Numbered from the stretch's first letter, positions 40,843 through 53,180 are shown. The stretch is DNA of 64,000 nt from Haliotis rubra (GCF_003918875.1 NW_025766958.1:1116001-1180000), one strand, 5' to 3'. Program-made: numbers and translations. Notes: generated by a model not told the origin, from the letters alone.

Positions 40843-41207
40843 CAGTGTGCGAAATAGCCACTGGCCCGCTAGCCCGTGGCTAGTAAATATCCAGTCGGTC
40901 CAGTAAATCTCCACAGTCACTGGCCCGACTGTTCATGGGGTCATTTTGTTAATATATCACTCTCTTCGACTTATTAAGTTATAACACACTTTTAAATCAT
41001 GCAAGATTATTGCCTGATAATAATGTTCATCATATTAGCAGCTTAGTGATGTCATGCCGACAATATCCTATTCTCATCTATTTTTGTAATCTTTTGCTTA
41101 GTTTCTACATTCAAATTTTGGGGTAGAGAATTATTTTGTGGTCTAGTAACTTTCAGGCATAGCTAGCCTAACTGGCTAGCAAAATTTGGAAACTATTTTG
41201 CACATTG
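40843..41207. mobile_element. hAT-type MITE, copy 1
   Basis: 8-bp TSD catggaac (40835-42 / 41208-15), TIR CAGTGTGCGAAATAG / CTATTTTGCACATTG. Confidence 0.88.
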
Positions 41208-42210
41208 CATGGAACACAGAATATATGTACTTGCCAGTACATCAAAACACATGTCAGGAACTCCACAGAGCTGCTTATTTCTCAAAATATGAAAATAGTT
41301 GTTAGGACAACAGTATCAAGTAACACCAACCTTTGCCAGAAAAAAAGATAACGAAAACATGTCTCAAATGGCAATTCTACATCAATCATTTACAAAAATA
41401 GAACATGATTGATTTTCATCCTGATAACACTGTCAGATACAAAATTGACTTATGTAAAATATACTATATGTTCACAAAAGTTGTTATGAAACTATGTGCT
41501 TCTTTCTAAGTATCATGATTAAGTTTGAAAAAGTTGTTAACTCTGACAAGTTTTCAATTAGGGTTATTTTTCAGTTCAGGTAGTATTGTGTGTTAAAGAC
41601 TTCTTGTCTGCTGTTGTAACCAAGGCTTCTATCCAACCCTTTCTCGGGCGTAAATATTCTCTGACCTCTGGAATGGAATTGCTGGGGTGATGAGACTGTT
41701 TCAGTGGCTTCAGTGGCTATGATGTATAGATTGTAATCAATACTTTGTACAGGGAGAAAGATAGTTGATGGTTTATCAGAGAAGGTGTCAGATGTGACTT
41801 TATTGGAATTTCAAAGATTTCTTGTAGCTTTATGTGATATGTGTCTGTTTGTGTTGATGTACAAAATTATCTGCTAACAAATCTGAATGTCTATTTCTTT
41901 TTAGCCCATCAGTGGGTAGCCTAGTGGTTAAAGCGTTCGCTTGTCACGCTGAAGACCCGGGTTAGATTCCAAACATGGGTGCCATGAAAGTGTTGGAATA
42001 TTGCTAAAAGTGATTTAAACCCATACTCACTTTTTAGCTCACCTGGCTTTTTTTATTGTCCTTTGTGATATTTCTTTAGAGGGTTTGCAAAATTAATGTT
42101 GGCTGCTGTCGAAATGAATTGATTTTACTTAATCTTAATCTTTAATGGATTATTTTAGTTTTAGAAGTATAATCTGGTCAGTATGATCAGTAATAACAGT
42201 CAAACATTCT

Positions 42211-42346
42211 CTTTTAGCAATATTCCAGCAATATTGTGGCGGGGACACCAGAAATGGGATTCACACATTGTATTCATGTGGGGAATCGAACCCAGATCTT
42301 CAGCTTGATGAGCGAATGCTTTAACCACTAGGCTACCCACCTCCCC
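42211..42346 (-). mobile_element. tRNA-derived SINE family 1
   Basis: Match to consensus. An internally deleted + copy lies at about 41910-42030. Confidence 0.85.
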
Positions 42347-43119
42347 TACAAGCATAAGTAGTGACCCACTGATCTATGAAGGAGAAAGGTTTTGAAAGGT
42401 CAGGTTTAACTGTGACTTGATGTCTTGACACACAGGAACAAATGTTTGATTTCTACACAGCAGCCTGGATCTTCTGATCTGTCATTGTCAGTGCCATCTG
42501 TTGGCTGGAGAGGTTTCACACTTCGCAAGTAGTGGCCCGACATTAATTTTCTTATTTATGATCAAATTGAAAGGAGTCGTGCTTGTGGAACAATGTCCAT
42601 CTGAAGTTTGTGATAGTGGACTAAATTGGTCGTTTTGTGATTATAGTTTAATGGCAGTCAACTGGAATCATGTTTTGCAGTGTTGCTAGGCTGCTGTAAG
42701 GAAGAACTGATTCCTGTTTATCATTTGGTAGATGGTGTGCAGAGGTACAGATAAGCTGCGTATCTGCGTAAATTACGCACATATTTATGTGAAAACTCAA
42801 TTCCTATTAAGTCTTGCGTACAAGTACGCTTGAAGTTTTGTAAATACTCAATACATTTATCTTACATGCGTACTTACAAAAATAGATCAAATAACTAAGG
42901 TATATTGAGAAGTTCTATTTCAGCACATGCATTTGGCAACTTGCAGTCTTTCATGTCGTTTCATATTACAGATCAAATATAAATAACAAACCTTTAAAAC
43001 AAAATTTTATACTTTACTATATTTTTATAATTAATGGAAAATGGCCAAATTCCCAATTGAGTTTGAGTGAGGGGGGTACAGTTTATTTGGTTACTCAAAG
43101 GAAACTTAGGATACCCAAT

Positions 43120-43262
43120 TGAGTGAGTTTAGTTTTACACCCCACTCAGCAATATTCCAGCTATATGGCGGCGGTCTGTAAATAATCGAGTCTGGACCAG
43201 ACAATCCAGTGATCAACAGCATGAGCATCGATCTGCACAATTGGGAACCGATGACATGTGTT
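43120..43262 (-). mobile_element. Family 2 retroposon, 3' half
   Basis: Match to consensus tail and body. Confidence 0.85.
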
Positions 43263-43407
43263 CCCAATTGAGATGAGCACAAGAGAGTACATAACTCAAT
43301 GACCCATAAAGTTATCTGTAGCTCTGGGTGTGTGAACATACATGACAGTATAGGATGTTGTTGAATAACTAATAACTTGGTTGGTTGGTTTGTTGTTTAA
43401 CGCCACA

Positions 43408-43571
43408 GGGCGGTGGGGTAGCCTAGTGGTTAAAGCGTTCGCTCGTCACGCCGAAGACCCGGGTTCGAATCCCCACATGGGCACAATGTGTGAAGCCCAT
43501 TTCTGGTGTCCCCCTCCGTGATGTTGCTGGAATATTGCTAAAAGCGGCGTAAAACCAAACTCAGTCAGTCA
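43408..43571 (+). mobile_element. tRNA-derived SINE family 1, inserted in the tail of a minus-strand family-2 element
   Basis: 13-bp TSD gtttaacgccaca (43395-43407 / 43572-43584). Confidence 0.92.
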
Positions 43572-43674
43572 GTTTAACGCCACACTCAGCAATATTCCAT
43601 CTATATGGGGCAGTCTGTAAATAATCAAGTCTGGTGGTAACTGATTACTTGATCAAGACCTGGTTGATCTGCTG

Positions 43675-43872
43675 GTGAGATTACAAGTGAATATTTGATG
43701 TTCATGCTGTTCACCTTCAGTTTTTCTGATCCAAAGAGACATTTGATGTTCATGCTATTTACCTTCAGTTTTTCTGATCCCAATATAGTGAGATTACCAG
43801 TGAACATTTGGTGTTCATGCTTTTGTCCTTCAGTTTTTCTGTTCCAAATCTGGTTAGATTACAGGTGAACAA
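43675..43872. repeat. Degenerate 50-60-bp tandem repeat just upstream of coding exon 1
   Basis: atttgatgttcatgct...ccttcagtttttctgatcc x3. Confidence 0.75.
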
Positions 43873-44085
43873 TTGATGCTCTCACAACAGTTTCAATGTA
43901 ATATCACCTAAACAAATACTACAATCCGCGGCAATTTCAGGCTCTCATAAACTTTCATCATCCCACCGGGTACCCATCAATACAACCCATGAATCAACCC
44001 GCTATGTTTTTAATTGTACAGTTTCAAACTTTCACCACCATCTAATCTAAATGTTCTTGTTTTCAGCCGTGAGTAGGCAGGGATC

Positions 44086-44235
44086 ATGCAGATCAAAGCT
44101 CCCCCCAGCTTCCAGCCGCTGGATGTTCGTAGCCAGCAGTACCAGCCCCCTCCGCCATGCCGGTCCCGCTACCGGAAGTTTGACCTTTACAGAGACGTAC
44201 AGCAGTTCTTTCAGATCGACAACCATGCTATTCAG
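44086..44235 (+). CDS. Hillarin/KY-like transglutaminase-like protein, coding exon 1 (MQIKAPP...FFQIDNHAIQ, 50 aa)
   Basis: Acceptor ttgttttcag|c at 44066/44067, in-frame TAG at 44074 upstream of ATG 44086 (A at -3), donor CAG|gtaacc at 44235/44236 (phase 0). The Pro-rich stretch plus 'F..IDNHAIQ' matches the start of the hillarin-type module. Confidence 0.88.
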
Positions 44236-45449
44236 GTAACCTACAGATGCAACTCGGTGCTCTACAGCCAGGCTGCCAATAGCAGTGCAGTAGGCCGGAC
44301 AGTTAGATGGAGCATTTAGTGTTATGGCTCATTGGGCTACTAGATTGTGTCATTTCAGCTATTTTTGAGATGAGCAGAAAATCTATATTTGATTACAGGG
44401 ATGAAATGAGGTATTATTGGTGAATAATAACAGGGAAATGTTTTTATTCATCAAAAATTTTAACTTCATGTAAAGTCTGGTTATATATTTTTTATTTGAT
44501 TTTCCAGAGGTAGTATTTGCCAGATATATTTGCAACTTAAAATACAGCATATAACGTAAAAATTAAATTGATAAGATTTCTGTTTCATAGTTTTACGAAA
44601 TATTGAAGTATGATTATCTGTAGCCATACAAATCTACAAGCTAACCAGCATGTGATGACGAACTTGCAGTGTCACTCTGACCTGTCATGACCTTTACGAT
44701 AATGCACTGCATGTCTGCTGAATGGCACAAACTAGGTTTAATTGTTTCAAACAATCATTTTGTTGTGAGCATTCATTCTTCAGTTTTAGACTCATGGGGA
44801 TAATAATGTTGTGTTAATAACTTGTTTTTTTTTAAAAAGCTGACAATGTCTTGTCCTAACCTTTGTCTTTGGATACTGAGAGAAAAAGATGTTTCCATAG
44901 AGAAGCCTTCTTAACCTTCAAAAGCCAAGAAAGTTCCCTAGATCCTGTTTTAACAACATTTTTCCAACAAGCACATCGCTTCCATAACACAATCCCACAC
45001 AAACATGCTTCCACTTTTAGAGTTGTTTACCCTTCTACCTGTAGGAAGCAGTAGTGTCAATCATGCATGAGGCTTCCCTTAACGAGCCATAAACACAAGT
45101 AGGACGAGTACATTCTATAGTTTGTGTTTAATGCAGCACTCTGAAGTATTCCAGGTATTTGACAGTGGTCTATATATAATTGAGTCTGAACCAGACAATC
45201 CAGTGATATACATTGATCCTTGCAGTTCGAATATGATGATTGCAATCAACCAAGCCTTACTACACAATTCTTTGAGCATATGTACTTGGGCTATATATTC
45301 TTGCCTAGAATCATATCTGATAAAGTAGGTAATCCAAGTGATAGGCGTACGTCACATTAATCACAGGTAATAGACATGACAGGAAAAACCCTGATTACCT
45401 TACAGGTGAACTGATTAGATTTGATACTGTGAATAATTTTTTGATAAAT

Positions 45450-45719
45450 CAGGGCTCGATTTAGTGCTTTGTTACTTGCACTGGTGCAACCCAATATTAC
45501 AACGTGCAATGTAGTTATTATTCTAACTTGCACAAGGTGCAGGTCAATTTCTGAGTGGGTAAACTTCTCAATAAAACATCTTAATAATTCAATAGCATAG
45601 TTCTTTCGTTACATATTGCAATAAAAGCAGTGCAACTGGAATTTGGCAGGTGCAACTAGGTTTTTATCTTAGGTTGCACCTGGTGCAAGTAGGTTAACAT
45701 CTCTTAAATCGACCCCCTG
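45450..45719. mobile_element. MITE with CAGGG...CCCTG termini, probable 6-bp TSD
   Basis: TIR CAGGGCTCGATTTA / TAAATCGACCCCCTG, flanks ataaat / ataaac, internal TTGCAC/GTGCAA repeats. Confidence 0.7.
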
Positions 45720-45914
45720 ATAAACGTATTCAGAAGAGATAAGTTCTGTTCGTTAAACCATGTGGGCCAGTATGTGGCATTTGGCTAAATGTCAGGTGAC
45801 TGAATGATATTTCAGAAGTACTTACGGAAATTGTGATATTGGGATGGTAGCAGGTACATCCTGGGAACACCTTATACTTACATGTTCCTATGGTAACACC
45901 TCATGTTGTATCTC

Positions 45915-46230
45915 ACCTCTGTGGTGAAATGGATAGTGTCTGTCAGGAGAGCTAAACATCGGTTGTTTCCCCAACCTGTGTCATACTGAAACACACAAAA
46001 TGTTACTTTTTGTTTCCCTGCCTGATGCTTGGGGATAAAACATGGATTTGCTGGCTCATAGTCAGTCTACTGTATCTGGGTAGGGTAACCTTATGAAATT
46101 GTGGCATAGTATCTCAGTGGGCTAGCAATATAATATTGGCATAACAGACTGCAGAAACACACACACACACACATGTGCTTGCATATTACCGAGACAAATA
46201 ATGTTGAAAGTATTTACAAATAAAACAAAC
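45915..46230 (+). mobile_element. Decayed copy of SINE family 3
   Basis: Collinear with 18954-19304 (gtgtcatactgaaa, ccctgcctg, ggcatagtatctcagtgggctagca). Confidence 0.6.
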
Positions 46231-46903
46231 TCTGTGAACCTACAAATACAACATAAAAGCCTCCAACTCCCAATATGAGGTTTTGATTACATATTCTCTT
46301 TTGGTCCAAAAATATTTGAAATAAAAGAACTAAAGTACTACTAAGTGCAGAGAATTGATTCAAAGGTGATAAACAATATGAAGGTCACAACTTTAATGGA
46401 AGGTGGGTGAGGTTGACAGAATTATTATCATATTTTGTCGTTTTAATCTCCAATCCTGGGGATGAACTTTTTTAATTGTAGCATACCTGTTTTCTTTTAA
46501 TGTATGGCTAGGTTTGCTAAATTGCTAACGGCTGAAGGGATGGTGTAAATCCAGCTAGGGTCCATGCAGGAAGCAAATGTACTGTAAGTCCCCATGGTCC
46601 CTAGTATGGTGATCTACCTTCAGTTGTTGACAATCTGTAGCCCGTTTTTATATTGTATTGTCATCTATGGTTAAACTGTTTAAGATTTAATTACTAGTTT
46701 TAAATTCGTCTCGGTGATAATCTAGTTATTTTACTGTCCTTTGTAGACAGGTTTTTATAATTTACTATTAATTACTATGTATACCAATTAATTGTTCTCG
46801 TCACGATATGGCTGAAATATTGCCGATGTGACAATAAATTTAAACTCACTCACTCACTCACTGAGGATGACAGTTCTGTGAATGTGTCTTTGTTTGTGTG
46901 CAG

Positions 46904-46992
46904 GTCGCCCAGCAGGACCATGACAACTTCCTGGACCTCATCTGGCACCTGGTGTACAGCCAGAACTATCACTCCGACCTCGACAAGGCCAG
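46904..46992 (+). CDS. Hillarin/KY-like protein, coding exon 2 (VAQQDHDNFLDLIWHLVYSQNYHSDLDKAR)
   Basis: Acceptor tgtttgtgtgcag|GTC, donor AG|gtcagt; 89 nt, phase 0->2. 'SDLDKAR' is a family motif. Confidence 0.93.
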
Positions 46993-47299
46993 GTCAGTCT
47001 CAACCACATCTAGTTGCATAGTCCCTAAACCGCAACGCTTTCTGCAATGCTCAAGTCCTAAAAGAAGCAAGCCTAGATTTCCTCAGATTCTGCAATCTCC
47101 CTTCTCACTGAAGCTCCTTTTTAGTTGAAAAGGAATTGTTTGTTTCTATCAAAATTATATATATTCAGAGACGAAGTGCCAGTCTAATCTACCTCCAGTT
47201 CTTTCATTACTCTCTGTCTATCCTGCAACCACATGATAATACCTTGTTGATAAAATGTACATGTGATACGTAGCTATAGCCATCCTTGTTATATTTCAG

Positions 47300-47443
47300 A
47301 GTTATTTTCCGCTGGATGACCTCCAAGAACATGTACACAATCACCTTCCGTGAGAATGTCCGTGCCGGCAGCCCCGAAGAAGTCATTCTGTCTTTCAAGA
47401 ACAAGCAAGGGACGTATGCCAGGATCTTCGAGACTATGTGCAG
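47300..47443 (+). CDS. Hillarin/KY-like protein, coding exon 3 (VIFRWMTSKNMY...KNKQGTYARIFETMCR)
   Basis: Acceptor atatttcag|A, donor AG|gtaaga; 144 nt, phase 2->2. 'ARxIFRW' and 'YAxxFExMC' are TGc-like motifs. Not in the ORF track on the + strand. Confidence 0.94.
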
Positions 47444-47680
47444 GTAAGAAACCTCCCTGAGAGATGTATTCTTGTTTGTTAGAGAACAGCTAAAGCCTGC
47501 AGATCACAATATATAAAACAACAGTGAGGTAACAGAAATGCTGTTAAAATTTTAAGTCATTCAATTACTTTGGATCAGGGGCTGGTAGTCAAGAACTGTA
47601 AGTCTGTCAGAAGGATTTGAGTGAAAAGCAGTGTTTATTTAACCCAACATCAAGATCCTTGGTTAAGGGACAAACATCTA

Positions 47681-48008
47681 CTGGCAAACAAGGATAAGTT
47701 GAGCACCGACCTGACAATTGACCCGTATTGGCATGTATGAGTGCCGCCCACTGGTGCTTGCCATTGAGAGCGAAGGGCCCCAGGTTGTCCGCGATCAAGT
47801 GCAGTTGCTACACCGACCATGTGAGAGTCTTATGAGCAAGGTGTGTGCAGCTACGCGCAAAATCAATTTCATCGTCATGCACTGCACGTGCACTTGCCTA
47901 CATCTGCTCTCCCTTCCACAAACTAAATGGGTTTGCTCACTGCCGTGCACTGTCTACTTCTTGTAAACATGTTCTCTGCTGCCGGTCCAACTTATCCTTG
48001 TTTGCCAG
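47681..48008. mobile_element. Tc1/mariner-type MITE, copy 1
   Basis: 21-bp TIR CTGGCAAACAAGGATAAGTTG, TA on both sides. Confidence 0.85.
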
Positions 48009-48202
48009 TATATTTTTGTCAGTTGAACTCTTCTCACTGCTCAGTTTCTGAAATGAACTAATGTGTATTTGAATTTCATTGGGTGAAGGGAAATAATTCT
48101 GTTGGTTTGCCATTTTTGTTATGCATTTTGGTAACTGAGATATGTAAGTCAGTAAGGTGAATGTATTTCACTGATTCCTGTAAACATTGATGTACCTGTG
48201 TG

Positions 48203-48311
48203 AGACCTGTGAAGGTCCGGGTTAGAATTGATCTTCAGTAACCCATGCTTGTTGTAAGAGGCAACTAACGGGATCGGGTGGTCAGGCTCGCTGACTTGGT
48301 TGACACATGTA
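48203..48311 (+). mobile_element. Family 2 retroposon, 5' half
   Basis: gacctgtgaaggtccgggttagaattgatcttcagtaacccatgc... Further partial copies at about 52826-52890, 55026-55165, 45118-45260, 31500-31630 and 52380-52560. Confidence 0.8.
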
Positions 48312-48418
48312 AGAGACGTGTGAGAGCCTTATATCCCTTGAGAAAATGGGTCCAATATGCAATGCTGTGTCCATATATGTGAGAATCTTTGACCATGGTT
48401 TGCCCTTGTCTGTTTTAG

Positions 48419-48611
48419 GTTCTCTGGCGTGCAGTCTGTTGTGTTGACCGGTTATGCAAAGGGCCTAGACTACCGCCCCGGCGATAAATTCAAGGGCAAC
48501 GACTACAACCACAGCTGGAACGGAATCCTCATCGACGGCAACTGGTATCTGGTAGACTCCCACTGGGCTACAAGGTACCTCACCTCTGAGAAGAACGCTC
48601 CAGAAAATCTG
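48419..48611 (+). CDS. Hillarin/KY-like protein, coding exon 4, transglutaminase-like core (GYAKGLDYRPG...HSWNGILIDGNWYLVDSHW)
   Basis: Acceptor tgttttag|G, donor CTG|gtaagt; 193 nt, phase 2->0. Classic 'GYxKG', 'HxWN' and 'WxLVDxxW' motifs. Confidence 0.96.
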
Positions 48612-48766
48612 GTAAGTACAGAGACTCAGTGTCAGGACACAAAGGAATTTGTGAATTTGACTGCTTCACTTAAGTCCTAATTAAGATGGCCGAGTTGTGG
48701 TCAAAGGGAGATAATTCAGGCATTATTGATTTGAGGCTTGCACAGCTGGGTGAGTCCGTATGATCA

Positions 48767-50286
48767 GGGGGCAATGGGGTAGCCTAGTGGTTAACCCATT
48801 CAACACCGTAGGCCGGAAAACCGCCAAGACGTCACCAGTCCCCAGACACCGTAGGCCGGAAAACCGGCCTGGGCAGTAGTCGCATCAAAATGGTATATAA
48901 TTTTAGGAACCTAACTAACATATGATTCATTTATCAAATCTGTCACTTTTCATAATGCCTGAAAACACTTATCACATTTCAAATGGCCATATATAATCAA
49001 CAGAATTAGAATTATAAACTATTCTTCGCAATGTTATTGAAAAAAACGATTCTCGGACACATGCTTCGGCAACGTGTCCACATCAGAGTTGTCAAAGAGC
49101 AAAGTAACGATGTTTCGAGATAATAATTACACAAATTGAATAAACGGAAGAATAAAATCAACAACAGTACTCATAAAAGTTGTCAAATGAACGTTACAAC
49201 TTACTATGTCCATCTTTATTGTGCGATCGTGTAATGTAATTCAAGTGACATCTCGGCTTTCGTCGCTTCGAACTTTATGCTCGGACACGATGTTTAATGC
49301 TGAAATATATGCATTAAACTTTCTTGTCACAGGTCATAACCTAGCACGATATGTCCACTAAGTTCCATAATAGGTGGTGATTTTTTGCGTAACACGTTCA
49401 GAATAGCATGATTTTACCCAAAACTTTCGTCTGAACCTGCAGGTTCGTTTACGATGACAGTATCCATTGCTGTTATCTGATTGGCTGCCTTAGGTCACGT
49501 GTCTGATTTTGACCAATCACAACCCTTATAGCAGACTAGAAACCAGTCTTTATCCAATAAAATCGCTTCTTACAACTGTGAAAATACTCTCGGCAAGGGT
49601 ACAGTGATATTGTTGATGTTCAGAGCTTTCGAACGATACCCGACATCAAACGATTCGCCTCGCATGTTATTCATACAAAGCTTCGAAAATGGTGGTATTT
49701 TCCGTTGTTGTGTCATGTTACCGAGCGGAAAGCCACTGATATCGGGAAATAGGCGACCATACATATTATTTAAGAAATCTTTTTATAATAATTTTCTGAT
49801 TATGTAAAAATGAAAATATAAACGAAAAAGGCACGGGCATGTTATGACATGTCACAAATGGAAAAATAATCGCCTCATTTTTTGCTTCCTTCGTGGTTTA
49901 TCTGGACATATAAATGTGTAAGCTTGCATTTTCATTAAAAATTAACTTAATTAAGTTTTAGTCGTATTACTTGAATAATATGATAAAAAATAACTTTCAT
50001 ATTTATAAACAGTAGGATTAGACCTTTCAAATGGTGTATGATATGTAGTAATAATGATTTACGAGCTGATATTTTCATTGATAAACATAGGCTTCATCTA
50101 TGACCTCAGAGTCTCTGGGAACTTGGTGTCATGGTAGTAAATGCCTCTGGTTGACTGATGTTGAAAGAGTTAAAGCATTCGCTCATGAGGGCTTAGACCT
50201 GGGTTTGACACACCTTTTCCAGTGTCCCCCGCCGTGATATTGCTATATTATTGCTAAAAGCAGCGTAAAAGTAAACTCTCACACTC
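48767..50286 (+). mobile_element. tRNA-derived SINE family 1 split by the piggyBac-like element (48767-48794 + 50174-50286)
   Basis: The two halves rejoin at TTAA to restore the consensus. Confidence 0.85.
48795..50169. mobile_element. Non-autonomous piggyBac-like element, copy 2, inserted into a SINE
   Basis: TTAA TSDs (48791-94 / 50170-73). Splits the SINE at tagtggTTAAagc. Confidence 0.9.
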
Positions 50287-50408
50287 CATTAACAAAGGTT
50301 CGATTGACTAAGTTTGATTCCTAACAGTGATATGACCTAAGTATTGTTTAAGGCCATGTTATGTCCTTCTGAACCACTATACAGACATATTCTGACATGT
50401 ACTTTCAG

Positions 50409-51362
50409 GTGTATGAGTACGATGACTTCTACTTCCTGACTGACCCCGAGCAGCTCATCTACAGCCACTGGGCTCACAAGTCCGAATGGCAGTTGCTGAC
50501 CGCCCCCATTGTCCTGCAGGACTTTGAGAACCTGCCGCTGGTCAAGTCCTACTTCTTCAAATGCGGGATGTTCTTCATCTCTCACCATGTTGGTGTAGTC
50601 GAGACGAAGAAGGGGAAGATCGCCATCACTGTTGGCTTCTCGAAACCTACAAACTTCACCTACAAGATCGTCTTTTCTGATTCCAACGATGAGACCTACC
50701 AGGGCCAGAAGCTGAAGAACTTCGCCCTCCAGGAGCACGGCAAGAACCAGACAACTACTTTCATCTTCAGGGCTCCCAAATCGGGCCAGTATTACTTCAC
50801 AATCTTCGCTCAACTCCTGACCGGGGAACTCGGTGTCAAGAACGTCTTCACAGCTTCAGCTGAGTACAAGGTCATCGCCGACACTGCTTCCAACGACGCG
50901 AAGCCCCTCCCCAACTGCTCCGACAGCTGCTGGGGTCCAGGTGTCGCCGTTGACCAACTCGGCATCGTCGCCACTCCACCCCAGGGCATCATCCCAACAA
51001 CCGATGGAAGGGTGAACCTGGAGTTCAAGAAGACCCGCCCGGCTTTCCTCCTGGCCAAGCTGAGGAAGAACGGAGTTCGTGAGGAAGACCTTGAAGCGTG
51101 TATTCGAGATGACGACCAAGGCGACAAGATTTTGGTGACGGCTGACCTCCCATCCAAGGGCGAATATGGTATTGAGGTGTACGGCAACGATCCCAACAAA
51201 GATGGCGACACATACACCCACATCTGCCAGTACTACGTCCACTACGCTGACCCCGCTGAGCAGAACAATGCCTTCTATCAAGAATCCCCAGACAAAGCAC
51301 GCTATTTTGGAGGCGGACAAGGAACTTTGGACGGACAAGGATATAACCCAGATTACGCAGGG
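50409..51362 (+). CDS. Hillarin/KY-like protein, coding exon 5 (YDDFYFLTDPEQLIYSH...; C-terminal beta-sandwich/Ig-like region of the module)
   Basis: Acceptor actttcag|GTG, donor GGG|gtgagt; 954 nt, phase 0->0. Lies within the 333-aa ORF with strong GC3 bias. Motifs 'FYFLTDP', 'WQLL..PI.L..FE.LP', 'LPNC...WGP', 'GEYGIEVY', 'THICQY'. Confidence 0.96.
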
Positions 51363-51624
51363 GTGAGTGTTGTCATACTTTCATATGTGGAGTTTTAGAA
51401 GTCTTCTTTCCTATATACATGTATGTACAACCTCGGAAGGAAGGAAAGCGAAGTGATGAGAGTTTTTGCTCCTGGTGCATGTGGTGCATGGCTGCAAAGG
51501 TCACCTTAGCACAATTTGTGAAGTCTGACCTTTTGAACAGTTTTTTTTGAGCTGCAGTGTGAAGAGAGATGGAATTGTGGTGAAGCCAGTCAGTTAATGT
51601 GGTAACTCACCAAGCACATACATG

Positions 51625-52270
51625 GATAAGATAAGATAATTCTTTATTGCCCGTGAGGGAATTTATCTTACATCTGAATGAGCATAAATACATTTAAATC
51701 AAATAAATACATAAAAACATGATCATAATTATATACAAATGTACAAGAGCATGAGAATGGAGAACATTAACGGTTATTCAACAAAGAATTGATAATGGTA
51801 TAAAAGACATTTTATAATGCTTGCATTTGCACCTTGGTACATTATACCGACGGCCAGAGGGTAAAGTTCAAAACATTCATGTAAAACATGAGAGGGATCA
51901 GTATTAATTTTTGTAGATAAATTTAGTGCCTTTCCTCCATGACATTCATCTATTCTCTTAAAAATATGTAGGACATTTTCTCTCCTTGTTTTATAATCTT
52001 GTTCATTCATGGTTGTCCCTCTTCAAATGCACCTGGGGCGGTTGGGTAGTCTAGTGGTTAAAGCGTTGGCTCGTCACGCCGAAGACCCGGGTTCGAATCC
52101 CCACATGGGTACAACGTGTGAAGCCCATTTCTGGTGTTCCCCCGCCGTGATGTTGCTGGAATATTGCTAAAAGCGGGGTAAAGCCAAACTCAGTCAGTCA
52201 GTCAAACGCACCTTCTCCTTTTATGCCCCAGGATGTTGAAAATGATATTTGAGCACATATGTATCCATTG
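51625..52270 (-). mobile_element. 5'-truncated, decayed Rex1/Babar-like LINE 3' end, interrupted by a SINE
   Basis: The minus strand reads KINTDPSHVLHECFEL/(frameshift)PSGRRYNVPRCKCKHYKMSFIP, the ORF2 C-terminal signature 'DPSH.LH..F..LPSGRRY...SFIP'. It is followed by AATAAA and a (TTATC)n tail. Confidence 0.72.
52035..52201 (+). mobile_element. tRNA-derived SINE family 1, inserted in the LINE remnant
   Basis: TSD tcaaa(t/c)gcacct (52023-34 / 52202-13). Confidence 0.92.
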
Positions 52271-53012
52271 AGTGGGTTAAAAATGTTGAAGCTATCGGAA
52301 TATTGCAATGGGTGTGGGAATTTAGTACTTTTAAAAGCTGATAAGTATGTTAATATATCATAGTGATAACCACCGCCAGAATATCCAGGTAAATATTGGT
52401 CTTCAGCAACCCTTGTGGCATCTGTCAGGATCGCTGACTTGGTAGTGCATGTTTACTAATGCTCATCGAGACAATCACTGGATTGTCTGGTCAAGATTTG
52501 ATAACCTACGGATCACAGTCATATAACAGGAATATGTCACATAAATAAACAAACAAACAAAACAGCTTCATGGGAATTGAATCCTGTTTTGTTTGTAGTA
52601 TAAAGCCCAGGAACTAATTTATGCTTCATGAAGTGGCTGTTTTTGCATCCTTGTGTTGAGAGTGGGAATACAATGCAATATTTCATAGCTTCTGGTGATG
52701 ACACATTGCTTTAGGCTGAAAATGAGGAACTGTCTCTCAGGCACTGTTGCATCACTGTAAATCCTGTTCGTCAGACATATGTGTTGTATCTCAAAAAAGA
52801 ATAAGTGTTCCTTCATCATATAAGAGCCAGGAAGATCCGGGTTAGAATTGGTCTTCAGCAACCCATGCTTGTCGTAAGAGGCAGTTACGGGTTCCCTGTT
52901 TTCATAGGAGTAATTGTCTTTTAATAGTTGCATCCCTTTGTTGCTGTGCCAGGATCAGCTGATGTGTTCTCTTGTCATTATAATGAAAATGTTACTCTTT
53001 GCCATCTACAAT

Positions 53013-53180
53013 GGGGGCGGCGGGGTAGCCTAATGATTAAAGTGTCTGCTCATCATGCTGGAGACCCGGTTCGAGTCCCCACATGGGTACAATGTGTGAA
53101 GCCCATTTCTGGTGTTCCCCGCCGTGATATTGCTGGAATATTGCTAAAAGCGGCGTAAAATCATACCCACTCACTCACTC
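53013..53180 (+). mobile_element. tRNA-derived SINE family 1
   Basis: Full-length match. Confidence 0.88.

Noticed and set aside
617-44066. Upstream LIM-domain exons as in hillarin/LTD-1
   Set aside because: No Cys/His LIM pattern with splice sites was noticed, and the in-frame TAG at 44074 blocks extension through the 44067 acceptor.
50337-51338. Minus-strand ORFs of 158, 137, 160 and 91 aa
   Set aside because: Antisense shadows of the GC3-rich coding exon 5.
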